Below, piece after piece: positions 33,662-44,800 of a DNA stretch of 64,000 nucleotides. A program made the position numbers and the translations under genes. Numbering within the stretch: position 1 is the stretch's first letter; every line of letters starts with the position of its first letter. Source of the stretch: Balanoglossus misakiensis (lineage: Eukaryota; Animalia; Hemichordata); NCBI GenBank assembly GCA_040954595.2, contig CM082585.2, positions 1,828,902 to 1,892,901 on the forward strand, written 5' to 3'. The notes under the pieces were generated by a model. The model was given only the letters and a program-made list of their open reading frames with translations, was not told the DNA's origin and did no database searches.

Positions 33662-34833
33662 TTGCCAGAACTATCGGTCAACTTGTTGCTCTCTTGCTCT
33701 CTAAAGGCCTTATCCTTCCAGGGGCTGGCAATCTTGGGATGCTTGGCCAGGTTGTTACGCAACTTCATGCAGGCTTCACATATGTGTTTGAATGCGCAAT
33801 CCTCCTTCTCGCACTTGTTACTTTGGTATTTGAAACATACATTAATCTGATCCTTCTTTTTGGATTTGTCCGCTGTTTTATCCCGTCTGATCTCGCCGAT
33901 ACGCGGCAGCAAATATAGCTCTCTCAGATCTGCGGTGTCATTTGCCCATGTTCTGAGTCCTGACTCCATGTCAGAGAGGAGCGCGCCCTCGAACTTCAAG
34001 ATGGCGTCCCAGGGGAACAAATTGGCGTCTTTCATAAGCGACTGTAAGTGTTGTAATCGCTGCTGTTTCTCTGTGTCACTCAAAGTAGGAAGTTGCACTA
34101 TCGCGAGATTACCTTCCACAAATTCCGCCATTGACATATCATCGAATTTTGGTGGGGCGCCCGAGAATGTCCGAGCCCTGACGAACATGTGCGGCCATAG
34201 GACGTGCTGTCGCACACGATCGGTTCTGGTGTTGAACCGCATCGATTTCATTGGTACGTTACCTGCTTTGCTCTGCGCTGCTGTGTATAAACCGGACTGT
34301 GCCAGGAGTTGGTTCGGTTGGAGGTCTTCACCGCCGCCAGCGGCCCCTGTCGCTGGTAGCCACGGACTGCCTGATGGTAACGACCACTGCAATTGTGAGT
34401 CTTCTTTCGCCATCCTCTTGAGATCGGGTAGCGTGAGTTGACTCAGGTCGTGACTTCTGGGACTTCCGCTCGAAGCGGCTGGCGGGCTGCGTCGTTCCTT
34501 CTCCAGTTTCATTTCTTTTAGTTGTTTTCTTAAATTGTCTACTTCAGATTGCTCCTGCAGTCTCGCTATCTCCGCCTGCAACTTCTCTTTCTCTGACCTC
34601 ACATCTTCCCCGTCAGATGAAGTGTCTTCTTCCTTGACAGGTTTGCTACATTTCCCGCCTTTCGAACGAGCTGACGCCATTGGTACTTTGGAAAGTTTGG
34701 TGGGGGGGACCATGCGAACTTTTCGACCGGTCGATGCTCTTGTCGTAGTCTTACTGCGAGTTGCAGGTCCCTTTTTGGCGACTGGACTGGGCTCTATTCC
34801 CAAATCCAGCAGCTGTTGTTCAGCGTTCTCCAT
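32917..34833 (-). CDS. Gag-like protein with coiled coil and CCCH + CCHC-like zinc fingers (unit 1), terminated at the repeat junction
   Basis: CFKYQSNKCEKEDCAFKHICEAC...HPKIAS; ends PLDLKQR* because the 734-bp repeat shifts the frame. Confidence 0.85.
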   Translation of the reverse strand: MENAEQQLLDLGIEPSPVAKKGPATRSKTTTRASTGRKVRMVPPTKLSKVPMASARSKGGKCSKPVKEEDTSSDGEDVRSEKEKLQAEIARLQEQSEVDNLRKQLKEMKLEKERRSPPAASSGSPRSHDLSQLTLPDLKRMAKEDSQLQWSLPSGSPWLPATGAAGGGEDLQPNQLLAQSGLYTAAQSKAGNVPMKSMRFNTRTDRVRQHVLWPHMFVRARTFSGAPPKFDDMSMAEFVEGNLAIVQLPTLSDTEKQQRLQHLQSLMKDANLFPWDAILKFEGALLSDMESGLRTWANDTADLRELYLLPRIGEIRRDKTADKSKKKDQINVCFKYQSNKCEKEDCAFKHICEACMKLRNNLAKHPKIASPWKDKAFREQESNKLTDSSGKAEVDKSKQDSHDCDSNLIPKLNHRVKSAGTECNINDFYTLMGITDQAVHKCDRSVQTDMEIDISRSLSMCNPEVLRDAIVNPSSISEPVLSIDEPVTCTIANVASEHTGCFDTSVSRDNVDKYLCKTHTVDLIEPDIETDLDKQIPIESLAHTVGDTTEFACEISAHGSSDGMISDDHDVFVSDMFTVENVPNMGPPNPTLVDHSVPDTYPLGNDMQYSELSDTPVGGDVCPPSSWPQASPLDLKQR

Positions 34834-35164
34834 AATAACGGTGAGAAATTGAAATTGAGGCAGAGAGAGCGTGCACTGCAGGACACGCTCCGAACCCTTG
34901 AAGTGGCCGTGAGTGATGGATTATGGGATTTTTGAGGCTCGTTTGAGGTTGAGGGCGCCCCTTTTCGAGTTGCTTAATTGGGTAACATTATGCCGTTGAT
35001 CGCAATGTTACCTAAATTACTTGAGATCTCTCTAACACACAAACCAAGGACACAGGTTTGGCAGCTGAAGGCAAGAGCCATTATTTATTTACGTGAACTG
35101 GGGGCTCTTGCAGGCCCAACCACTGCCAAACCCGGTCCGCCTCTCTGCTAGTGCCACAGTAAAA

Positions 35165-36190
35165 TCAGTGTGACGCGGAGATGTCTTTAATATGCTGACC
35201 CATTTGAAAGGACACCAGATAACGAGTCTGAAATGGAATGTTAAGATAACGGAGATACGCGCTGGATTGCCAATCCCCTTGGAGTTTGATAAGCTCCCCA
35301 GGGACCCCACTTTCGAATGCAAAGGTTGCACCCCCACGACGGAGGCTGTGACCCGAGTACATGTCAGCAGGAAAGCCTGCCCTCTGAACTAAACATTTGA
35401 TACTTTTCACCAGCCCTGAATGGGTCAAGGGGACCAATTTGCCACATTTGGGAAAAACAAATGCTGGGCTAGAGGGTGGGGCTGGGATGATCTCACACAT
35501 GTGATTGTATGCCTGTAAAGGGCACAACACCGAACCTGGAATGCGGGCAAGTGGAATAGTCAAACAGCGTTCGCGAAACTGAATGGTTTTTGACCAAGTC
35601 ACGCCGATTATAAGGCCAGAATCTGAGGAAATGACTTTACCCCTACAGAGGTGTTTAGCCGGATCAAAGTCGGTTGCAGACTTCGGAACAAGATTTGACT
35701 TGCGAAAAAAGGAGAAAAACCCTATCAAAAGGCATGCCCACAAAGTAACATCGAATGGAACAGCCACATCTAGAAGCCCGAAAAACTGTAGCAACAACTG
35801 GGGGGTGATGGGTAATTTCTGCCTCACCGGCTGGAAAGTGCTACGGGAAAGACATTTCAAAAGTAATTTGACAACATACTGATCAGCGGCCAATGGCGTG
35901 AAGCCATGGATTCTATGCAAGGTACGAATTGCGTACAAATAATTCTGAATGGTGCCAGTAGCAGTTACTGATCTTGCAAGAAACTGGATAAATCTACACA
36001 CTGTAAGAACAGATGCTGGAACAGGAGTAAAATTGAAAAACTGACAAAACAGGAAGTAACTCTTCAACTGTGACGACAAATTCCGACGAGTTCCTTCCGC
36101 TAATGCGGACCTCATTGAGATAGCGATTTGAGCGTCTAAGGCTTGGATAGTTTGGCAGTGATCTGAAATAAAAATAAAATCAGTCACCAC
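35165..36190 (-). CDS. Tyrosine recombinase (unit 2, intact)
   Basis: Same catalytic motifs; 2 aa differences from unit 1. Confidence 0.95.
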   Translation of the reverse strand: MVTDFIFISDHCQTIQALDAQIAISMRSALAEGTRRNLSSQLKSYFLFCQFFNFTPVPASVLTVCRFIQFLARSVTATGTIQNYLYAIRTLHRIHGFTPLAADQYVVKLLLKCLSRSTFQPVRQKLPITPQLLLQFFGLLDVAVPFDVTLWACLLIGFFSFFRKSNLVPKSATDFDPAKHLCRGKVISSDSGLIIGVTWSKTIQFRERCLTIPLARIPGSVLCPLQAYNHMCEIIPAPPSSPAFVFPKCGKLVPLTHSGLVKSIKCLVQRAGFPADMYSGHSLRRGGATFAFESGVPGELIKLQGDWQSSAYLRYLNIPFQTRYLVSFQMGQHIKDISASH

Positions 36191-38523
36191 TCATTGAGAA
36201 AGCGAATGTCATCCTCGGCGACTGGGTGCTCGGTCATTTGAGAAATATTAACAGATGATTTGAAGAGTTGCTCATAACTTGGGTCAAGATGCCAGCGACT
36301 GAGCGCATCAGCCAGCCGGTTCTCGGTGCCTGCGATGTGCACAGCACGTAGCTCAAACTCGTGAATCGCTGCTACCAGCCATAATTCCCTCAAGCAAGAC
36401 AGCATTAGTTTATCCCTAGCTCTACCGGTATTAATGACCCAAACTGTTGCCTGGTTGTCGCAAGAGACCTGTATTTTCTTTCCAGACCATCTATCACCCC
36501 AAATTTTTGCCGCTATAGTAATAGTGAGTAATTCGAGGGCATTAATGTGAGGGTCCCCAACCTTTACAAAGTCAGGGAACTCCACGTGGAAATACTCGTT
36601 GTCGCAAAGCCCCCCTCCCCCTGTTGGGCATGCATCCGAAGAAAATATTTCATCTGGCGGGCACCAACCTGACTCTTTAATGAGAGACACCCCATTATAA
36701 ACCCTAATGAAATTAATCCACCACCGTAGATCTGCCTTGAAATCACTGTTTAGATAGATATGGTAGTGATTGCGGGTGACGGTACGCAACACATCTAGCA
36801 TTCTCGCCAGGAATAGCCTACCAGGCTTGACACATTTGGCAATAAAGGAAAGCTTGCCTATGAGTGATTGCAGCTCGCGCTTAGTTGCTTTTGTTTTAGT
36901 GACCCATACACCCAGCTCTTGCTCTATTTCATTAAGCCGGTCAGGAGTAACTTCCATAGTCATTGTAAGGGAGTTCAACTGGATTCCAAGAAAAGTCATG
37001 ATTGATGACGGGGGCACCGCTTTGTGTTTGGCTTCTTGCAAACCCAGTCTATCCAGCGTGTCACCTAGCTCCGCAAATGCCTTGTGGGCTTTGTTGGAGG
37101 TCTCTGCACCACCGAAGTTGTCAAGGTAATTAACACAGTCATACCCTTTCGTGGAATAGATATAAGAAACCGCATTAGTGGTGCGCTGGCAGGCTAGCGC
37201 TGCGGTTCGCAAGCCAAATGGCAATGTAAGGTCAAAGAACAATAAATTACGCCACGTGTAGCCCAGCAAATGGTAGTCCGCTGGATCGACTGGTATTTGC
37301 CGATAAGCTCTGCTTAAATCGCGCTTAAATAGGAGGCATCCCCTGCCCTTACGGGTCATCATTGCAGTGAAATCATCAATGGAAGGATATTGAAGCTGAA
37401 AACTCTCCCCAAGATATTCCCCTTTGGGGATACCGTCATTTACTGAATGGTGGATTGGGGAACTAAGATCAAAGACTATACGCCGATTAACACTATCTTT
37501 TTTTTCGACAGTCTGAATGGGGGAAGTACTGAGTGGTGTGGCAAGGGGGTTAGTTAAGAACGGACCCGCTGTAGCCCCGGCTGCGACTTCGTTAATGATC
37601 CAGTTGTCGACATGCGCCGAGTAATTTATAGCTGATGGGTGGTTTTTCACTGTAGAGTATGGCAATTCTGAGGCTGTATAGTAGACGGGCCAACCATATT
37701 GTAGGTAATCGCAGATGATTTTGTCATCATATTGCTGCAATTCGGCTCGCCAAATTGGGATTTGAAGATTTGATGAAACGGGTATTCTGCAAAATTGAGA
37801 ATTTGGTAAACCTGATTCAACAACTATGTCATGAACGGTTATAACTTCTGTTAAATCAGGGGGTGACGCTTGTGGCCATGACGACGGGGGACAGACATCC
37901 CCGCCCACGGGAGTATCTGATAACTCAGAATACTGCATATCATTGCCCAGTGGATAAGTGTCTGGAACACTGTGATCAACAAGGGTGGGGTTGGGAGGCC
38001 CCATATTTGGAACATTTTCCACAGTAAACATGTCACTAACAAAGACATCGTGGTCATCACTGATCATACCGTCAGATGAACCATGAGCGCTAATCTCACA
38101 TGCAAATTCAGTGGTATCACCGACGGTATGGGCTAGTGATTCAATAGGGATTTGCTTGTCAAGATCAGTCTCAATATCAGGTTCTATCAAATCAACTGTA
38201 TGAGTTTTACAAAGGTATTTGTCAACATTATCCCTGCTAACAGAGGTATCAAAACAACCTGTGTGTTCAGAGGCAACATTGGCAATGGTACATGTTACTG
38301 GCTCGTCAATCGAAAGCACTGGTTCAGAAATACTACTAGGGTTAACAATAGCATCCCGCAAAACCTCCGGGTTGCACATTGACAGGCTTCTTGAAATATC
38401 AATCTCCATGTCAGTTTGTACAGAGCGATCACACTTGTGCACTGCCTGATCTGTGATGCCCATCAATGTATAAAAGTCATTGATATTACACTCCGTACCT
38501 GCACTTTTGACTCTATGGTTCAA
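36184..38523 (-). CDS. Reverse transcriptase-RNase H (unit 2) with YLDD>YLDN active-site change
   Basis: Near-identical to the unit 1 protein, but reads YLDNF (gtt at 37117-37119). Confidence 0.9.
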   Translation of the reverse strand: MNHRVKSAGTECNINDFYTLMGITDQAVHKCDRSVQTDMEIDISRSLSMCNPEVLRDAIVNPSSISEPVLSIDEPVTCTIANVASEHTGCFDTSVSRDNVDKYLCKTHTVDLIEPDIETDLDKQIPIESLAHTVGDTTEFACEISAHGSSDGMISDDHDVFVSDMFTVENVPNMGPPNPTLVDHSVPDTYPLGNDMQYSELSDTPVGGDVCPPSSWPQASPPDLTEVITVHDIVVESGLPNSQFCRIPVSSNLQIPIWRAELQQYDDKIICDYLQYGWPVYYTASELPYSTVKNHPSAINYSAHVDNWIINEVAAGATAGPFLTNPLATPLSTSPIQTVEKKDSVNRRIVFDLSSPIHHSVNDGIPKGEYLGESFQLQYPSIDDFTAMMTRKGRGCLLFKRDLSRAYRQIPVDPADYHLLGYTWRNLLFFDLTLPFGLRTAALACQRTTNAVSYIYSTKGYDCVNYLDNFGGAETSNKAHKAFAELGDTLDRLGLQEAKHKAVPPSSIMTFLGIQLNSLTMTMEVTPDRLNEIEQELGVWVTKTKATKRELQSLIGKLSFIAKCVKPGRLFLARMLDVLRTVTRNHYHIYLNSDFKADLRWWINFIRVYNGVSLIKESGWCPPDEIFSSDACPTGGGGLCDNEYFHVEFPDFVKVGDPHINALELLTITIAAKIWGDRWSGKKIQVSCDNQATVWVINTGRARDKLMLSCLRELWLVAAIHEFELRAVHIAGTENRLADALSRWHLDPSYEQLFKSSVNISQMTEHPVAEDDIRFLNEW

Positions 38524-39318
38524 TTTAGGAATTAAATTGCTGTCACAGTCATGAGAGTCTTGTTTAGACTTATCTACCTCTGCTTTAAATCAAGGGGTGA
38601 CCCTTGTGGCCATGACGACGGGGGACAGACATCCCCGCCCACGGGAGTATCTGATAACTCAGAATACTGCATATCATTGCCCAGTGGATAAGTGTCTGGA
38701 ACACTGTGATCAACAAGGGTGGGGTTGGGAGGCCCCATATTTGGAACATTTTCCACAGTAAACATATCACTAACAAAGACATCGTGGTCATCACTGATCA
38801 TACCGTCAGATGAACCATGAGCGCTAATCTCACATGCAAATTCAGTGGTATCACCGACGGTATGGGCTAGTGATTCAATAGGGATTTGCTTGTCAAGATC
38901 AGTCTCAATATCAGGTTCTATCAAATCAACTGTATGAGTTTTACAAAGGTATTTGTCAACATTATCCCTGCTAACAGAGGTATCAAAACAACCTGTATAT
39001 TCAGAGGCAACATTGGCAATGGTACATGTTACTGGCTCGTCAATCGAAAGCACTGGTTCAGAAATACTACTAGGGTTAACAATAGCATCCCGCAAAACCT
39101 CCGGGTTGCACATTGACAGGCTTCTTGAAATATCAATCTCCATGTCAGTTTGTACAGAGCGATCACACTTGTGCACTGCCTGATCTGTGATGCCCATCAA
39201 TGTATAAAAGTCATTGATATTACACTCCGTGCCTGCACTTTTGACTCTATGGTTCAATTTAGGAATTAAATTGCTGTCACAGTCATGAGAGTCTTGTTTA
39301 GACTTATCTACCTCTGCT
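37851..39318. repeat. Internal tandem repeat, 2 x 734 bp (unit 2)
   Basis: Unit starts at 37851 and 38585. Confidence 0.96.
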
Positions 39319-40490
39319 TTGCCAGAACTATCGGTCAACTTGTTGCTCTCTTGCTCTCTAAAGGCCTTATCCTTCCAGGGGCTGGCAATCTTGGGATGCT
39401 TGGCCAGGTTGTTACGCAACTTCATGCAGGCTTCACATATGTGTTTGAATGCGCAATCCTCCTTCTCGCACTTGTTACTTTGGTATTTGAAACATACATT
39501 AATCTGATCCTTCTTTTTGGATTTGTCCGCTGTTTTATCCCGTCTGATCTCGCCGATACGCGGCAGCAAATATAGCTCTCTCAGATCTGCGGTGTCATTT
39601 GCCCATGTTCTGAGTCCTGACTCCATGTCAGAGAGGAGCGCGCCCTCGAACTTCAAGATGGCGTCCCAGGGAAACAAATTGGCGTCTTTCATAAGCGACT
39701 GTAAGTGTTGTAATCGCTGCTGTTTCTCTGTGTCACTCAAAGTAGGAAGTTGCACTATCGCGAGATTACCTTCCACAAATTCCGCCATTGACATATCATC
39801 GAATTTTGGTGGGGCGCCCGAGAATGTCCGAGCCCTGACGAACATGTGCGGCCATAGGACGTGCTGTCGCACACGATCGGTTCTGGTGTTGAACCGCATC
39901 GATTTCATTGGTACGTTACCTGCTTTGCTCTGCGCTGCTGTGTATAAACCGGACTGTGCCAGGAGTTGGTTCGGTTGGAGGTCTTCACCGCCGCCAGCGG
40001 CCCCTGTCGCTGGTAGCCACGGACTGCCTGATGGTAACGACCACTGCAATTGTGAGTCTTCTTTCGCCATCCTCTTGAGATCGGGTAGCGTGAGTTGACT
40101 CAGGTCGTGACTTCTGGGACTTCCGCTCGAAGCGGCTGGCGGGCTGCGTCGTTCCTTCTCCAGTTTCATTTCTTTTAGTTGTTTTCTTAAATTGTCTACT
40201 TCAGATTGCTCCTGCAGTCTCGCTATCTCCGCCTGCAACTTCTCTTTCTCTGACCTCACATCTTCCCCGTCAGATGAAGTGTCTTCTTCCTTGACAGGTT
40301 TGCTACATTTCCCGCCTTTCGAACGAGCTGACGCCATTGGTACTTTGGAAAGTTTGGTGGGGGGGACCACGCGAACTTTTCGACCGGTCGATGCTCTTGT
40401 CGTAGTCTTACTGCGAGTTGCAGGTCCCTTTTTGGCGACTGGACTGGGCTCTATTCCCAAATCCAGCAGCTGTTGTTCAGCGTTCTCCAT
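38574..40490 (-). CDS. Gag-like protein (unit 2), terminated at the repeat junction
   Basis: 638 aa, nearly identical to 32917-34833. Confidence 0.85.
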   Translation of the reverse strand: MENAEQQLLDLGIEPSPVAKKGPATRSKTTTRASTGRKVRVVPPTKLSKVPMASARSKGGKCSKPVKEEDTSSDGEDVRSEKEKLQAEIARLQEQSEVDNLRKQLKEMKLEKERRSPPAASSGSPRSHDLSQLTLPDLKRMAKEDSQLQWSLPSGSPWLPATGAAGGGEDLQPNQLLAQSGLYTAAQSKAGNVPMKSMRFNTRTDRVRQHVLWPHMFVRARTFSGAPPKFDDMSMAEFVEGNLAIVQLPTLSDTEKQQRLQHLQSLMKDANLFPWDAILKFEGALLSDMESGLRTWANDTADLRELYLLPRIGEIRRDKTADKSKKKDQINVCFKYQSNKCEKEDCAFKHICEACMKLRNNLAKHPKIASPWKDKAFREQESNKLTDSSGKAEVDKSKQDSHDCDSNLIPKLNHRVKSAGTECNINDFYTLMGITDQAVHKCDRSVQTDMEIDISRSLSMCNPEVLRDAIVNPSSISEPVLSIDEPVTCTIANVASEYTGCFDTSVSRDNVDKYLCKTHTVDLIEPDIETDLDKQIPIESLAHTVGDTTEFACEISAHGSSDGMISDDHDVFVSDMFTVENVPNMGPPNPTLVDHSVPDTYPLGNDMQYSELSDTPVGGDVCPPSSWPQGSPLDLKQR

Positions 40491-40821
40491 AATAACGGTG
40501 AGAAATTGAAATTGAGGCAGAGAGAGCGTGCACTGCAGGACACGCTCCGAACCCTTGAAGTGGCCGTGAGTGATGGATTATGGGATTTTTGAGGCTCGTT
40601 TGAGGTTGAGGGCGCCCCTTTTCGAGTTGCTTAATTGGGTAACATTATGCCGTTGATCGCAATGTTACCTAAATTACTTGAGATCTCTCTAACACACAAA
40701 CCAAGGACACAGGTTTGGCAGCTGAAGGCAAGAGCCATTATTTATTTACGTGAACTGGGGGCTCTTGCAGGCCCAACCACTGCCAAACCCGGTCCGCCTC
40801 TCTGCTAGTGCCACAGTAAAA

Positions 40822-41846
40822 TCAGTGTGACGCGGAGATGTCTTTAATATGCTGACCCATTTGAAAGGACACCAGATAACGAGTCTGAAATGGAATGTTA
40901 AGATAACGGAGATACGCGCTGGATTGCCAATCCCCTTGGAGTTTGATAAGCTCCCCAGGGACCCCACTTTCGAATGCAAAGGTTGCACCCCCACGACGGA
41001 GGCTGTGACCCGAGTACATGTCAGCAGGAAAGCCTGCCCTCTGAACTAAACATTTGATACTTTTCACCAGCCCTGAATGGGTCAAGGGGACCAATTTGCC
41101 ACATTTGGGAAAATGAATGCTGGGCTAGAGGGTGGGGCTGGGATGATCTCACACATGTGATTGTATGCCTGTAAAGGGCACAACACCGAACCTGGAATGC
41201 GGGCAAGTGGAATAGTCAAACAGCGTTCGCGAAACTGAATGGTTTTTGACCAAGTCACGCCGATTATAAGGCCAGAATCTGAGGAAATGACTTTACCCCT
41301 ACAGAGGTGTTTAGCCGGATCAAAGTCGGTTGCAGACTTCGGAACAAGATTTGACTTGCGAAAAAAGGAGAAAAACCCTATCAAAAGGCATGCCCATAAA
41401 GTAACATCGAATGGAACAGCCACATCTAGAAGCCCGAAAAACTGTAGCAACAACTGGGGGGTGATGGGTAATTTCTGCCTCACTGGCTGGAAAGTGCTAC
41501 GGGAAAGACATTTCAAAAGTAATTTGACAACATACTGATCAGCGGCCAATGGCGTGAAGCCATGGATTCTATGCAAGGTACGAATTGCGTACAAATAATT
41601 CTGAATGGTGCCAGTAGCAGTTACTGATCTTGCAAGAAACTGGATAAATCTACACACTGTAAGAACAGATGCTGGAACAGGAGTAAAATTGAAAAACTGA
41701 CAAAACAGGAAGTAACTCTTCAACTGTGACGACAAATTCCGACGAGTTCCTTCCGCTAATGCTGACCTCATTGAGATAGCGATTTGAGCGTCTAAGGCTT
41801 GGATAGTTTGGCAGTGATCTGAAATAAAAATAAAATCAGTCACCAC
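40822..41846 (-). pseudogene. Tyrosine recombinase (unit 3), frameshifted near 41110
   Basis: gggaaaatgaatgc versus gggaaaaacaaatgc in units 1 and 2 (net -1 nt); split into 254-aa and 90-aa ORFs. Confidence 0.88.
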
Positions 41847-44800
41847 TCATTGAGAAAGCGAATGTCATCCTCGGCGACTGGGTGCTCGGTCATTTGAGAA
41901 ATATTAACAGATGATTTGAAGAGTTGCTCATAACTTGGGTCAAGATGCCAGCGACTGAGCGCATCAGCCAGCCGGTTCTCGGTGCCTGCGATGTGCACAG
42001 CACGTAGCTCAAACTCGTGAATCGCTGCTACCAGCCATAATTCCCTCAAGCAAGACAGCATTAGTTTATCCCTAGCTCTACCGGTATTAATGACCCAAAC
42101 TGTTGCCTGGTTGTCGCAAGAGACCTGTATTTTCTTTCCAGACCATCTATCACCCCAAATTTTTGCCGCTATAGTAATAGTGAGTAATTCGAGGGCATTA
42201 ATGTGAGGGTCCCCAACCTTTACAAAGTCAGGGAACTCCACGTGGAAATACTCGTTGTCGCAAAGCCCCCCCTCCCCCTGTTGGGCATGCATCCGAAGAA
42301 AATATTTCATCTGGCGGGCACCAACCTGACTCTTTAATGAGAGACACCCCATTATAAACCCTAATGAAATTAATCCACCACCGTAGATCTGCCTTGAAAT
42401 CACTGTTTAGATGGTAGTGATTGCGGGTGACGGTACGCAACACATCTAGCATTCTCGCCAGGAATAGCCTACCAGGCTTGACACATTTGGCAATAAAGGA
42501 AAGCTTGCCTATGAGTGATTGCAGCTCGCGCTTAGTTGCTTTTGTTTTAGTGACCCATACACCCAGCTCTTGCTCTATTTCATTAAGCCGGTCAGGAGTA
42601 ACTTCCATAGTCATTGTAAGGGAGTTCAACTGGATTCCAAGAAAAGTCATGATTGATGACGGGGGCACCGCTTTGTGTTTGGCTTCTTGCAAACCCAGTC
42701 TATCCAGCGTGTCACCTAGCTCCGCAAATGCCTTGTGGGCTTTGTTGGAGGTCTCTGCACCACCGAAGTCGTCAAGGTAATTAACACAGTCATACCCTTT
42801 CGTGGAATAGATATAAGAAACCGCATTAGTGGTGCGCTGGCAGGCTAGCGCTGCGGTTCGCAAGCCAAATGGCAATGTAAGGTCAAAGAACAATAAATTA
42901 CGCCACGTGTAGCCCAGCAAATGGTAGTCCGCTGGATCGACTGGTATTTGCCGATAAGCTCTGCTTAAATCGCGCTTAAATAGGAGGCATCCCCTGCCCT
43001 TACGGGTCATCATTGCAGTGAAATCATCAATGGAAGGATATTGAAGCTGAAAACTCTCCCCAAGATATTCCCCTTTGGGGATACCGTCATTTACTGAATG
43101 GTGGATTGGGGAACTAAGATCAAAGACTATACGCCGATTAACACTATCTTTTTTTTCGACAGTCTGAATGGGGGAAGTACTGAGTGGTGTGGCAAGGGGG
43201 TTAGTTAAGAACGGACCCGCTGTAGCCCCGGCTGCGACTTCGTTAATGATCCAGTTGTCGACATGCGCCGAGTAATTTATAGCTGATGGGTGGTTTTTCA
43301 CTGTAGAGTATGGCAATTCTGAGGCTGTATAGTAGACGGGCCAACCATATTGTAGGTAATCGCAGATGATTTTGTCATCATATTGCTGCAATTCGGCTCG
43401 CCAAATTGGGATTTGAAGATTTGATGAAACGGGTATTCTGCAAAATTGAGAATTTGGTAAACCTGATTCAACAACTATGTCATGAACGGTTATAACTTCT
43501 GTTAAATCAAGGGGTGACGCTTGTGGCCATGACGACGGGGGACAGACATCCCCGCCCACGGGAGTATCTGATAACTCAGAATACTGCATATCATTGCCCA
43601 GTGGATAAGTGTCTGGAACACTGTGATCAACAAGGGTGGGGTTGGGAGGCCCCATATTTGGAACATTTTCCACAGTAAACATATCACTAACAAAGACATC
43701 GTGGTCATCACTGATCATACCGTCAGAGGAACCATGAGCGCTAATCTCACATGCAAATTCAGTGGTATCACCGACGGTATGGGCTAGTGATTCAATAGGG
43801 ATTTGCTTGTCAAGATCAGTCTCAATATCAGGTTCTATCAAATCAACTGTATGAGTTTTACAAAGGTATTTGTCAACATTATCCCTGCTAACAGAGGTAT
43901 CAAAACAACCTGTGTGTTCAGAGGCAACATTGGCAATGGTACATGTTACTGGCTCGTCAATCGAAAGCACTGGTTCAGAAATACTACTAGGGTTAACAAT
44001 AGCATCCCGCAAAACCTCCGGGTTGCACATTGACAGGCTTCTTGAAATATCAATCTCCATGTCAGTTTGTACAGAGCGATCACACTTGTGCACTGCCTGA
44101 TCTGTGATGCCCATCAATGTATAAAAGTCATTGATATTACACTCCGTGCCTGCACTTTTGACTCTATGGTTCAATTTAGGAATTAAATTGCTGTCACAGT
44201 CATGAGAGTCTTGTTTAGACTTATCTACCTCTGCTTTGCCAGAACTATCGGTCAACTTGTTGCTCTCTTGCTCTCTAAAGGCCTTATCCTTCCAGGGGCA
44301 GGCAATCTTGGGATGCTTGGCCAGGTTGTTACGCAACTTCATGCAGGCTTCACATATGTGTTTGAATGCGCAATCCTCCTTCTCGCACTTGTGACTTTGG
44401 TATTTGAAACATACATTAATCTGATCCTTCTTTTTGGATTTGTCCGCTGTTTTATCCCGTCTGATCTTGCCGATACGCGGCAGCAAATATAGCTCTCTCA
44501 GATCTGCGGTGTCATTTGCCCATGTTCTGAGTCCTGACTCCATGTCAGAGAGGAGCGCGCCCTCGAACTTCAAGATGGCGTCCCAGGGGAACAAATTGGC
44601 GTCTTTCATAAGCGACTGTAAGTGTTGTAATCGCTGCTGTTTCTCTGTGTCACTCAAAGTAGGAAGTTGCACTATCGCGAGATTACCTTCCACAAATTCC
44701 GCCATTGACATATCATCGAATTTTGGTGGGGCGCCCGAGAATGTCCGAGCCCTGACGAACATGTGCGGCCATAGGACGTGCTGTCGCACACGATCGGTTC

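Larger units (their letters stand above)
28624..35014 (-). mobile_element. Ngaro unit 1 (6391 bp; three copies of the 734-bp segment)
   Basis: Bounded by the A|B junctions at 28623/28624 and 35014/35015. Confidence 0.92.
35015..40671 (-). mobile_element. Ngaro unit 2 (5657 bp; two copies of the 734-bp segment)
   Basis: Bounded by A|B junctions; exactly 734 bp shorter than unit 1. Confidence 0.92.

Noticed and set aside
33628-34852. Plus-strand ORFs (96, 193, 105 aa) and their equivalents in units 2 and 3
   Set aside because: Antisense shadows of gag with no recognisable motifs; they recur only because the unit is repeated.
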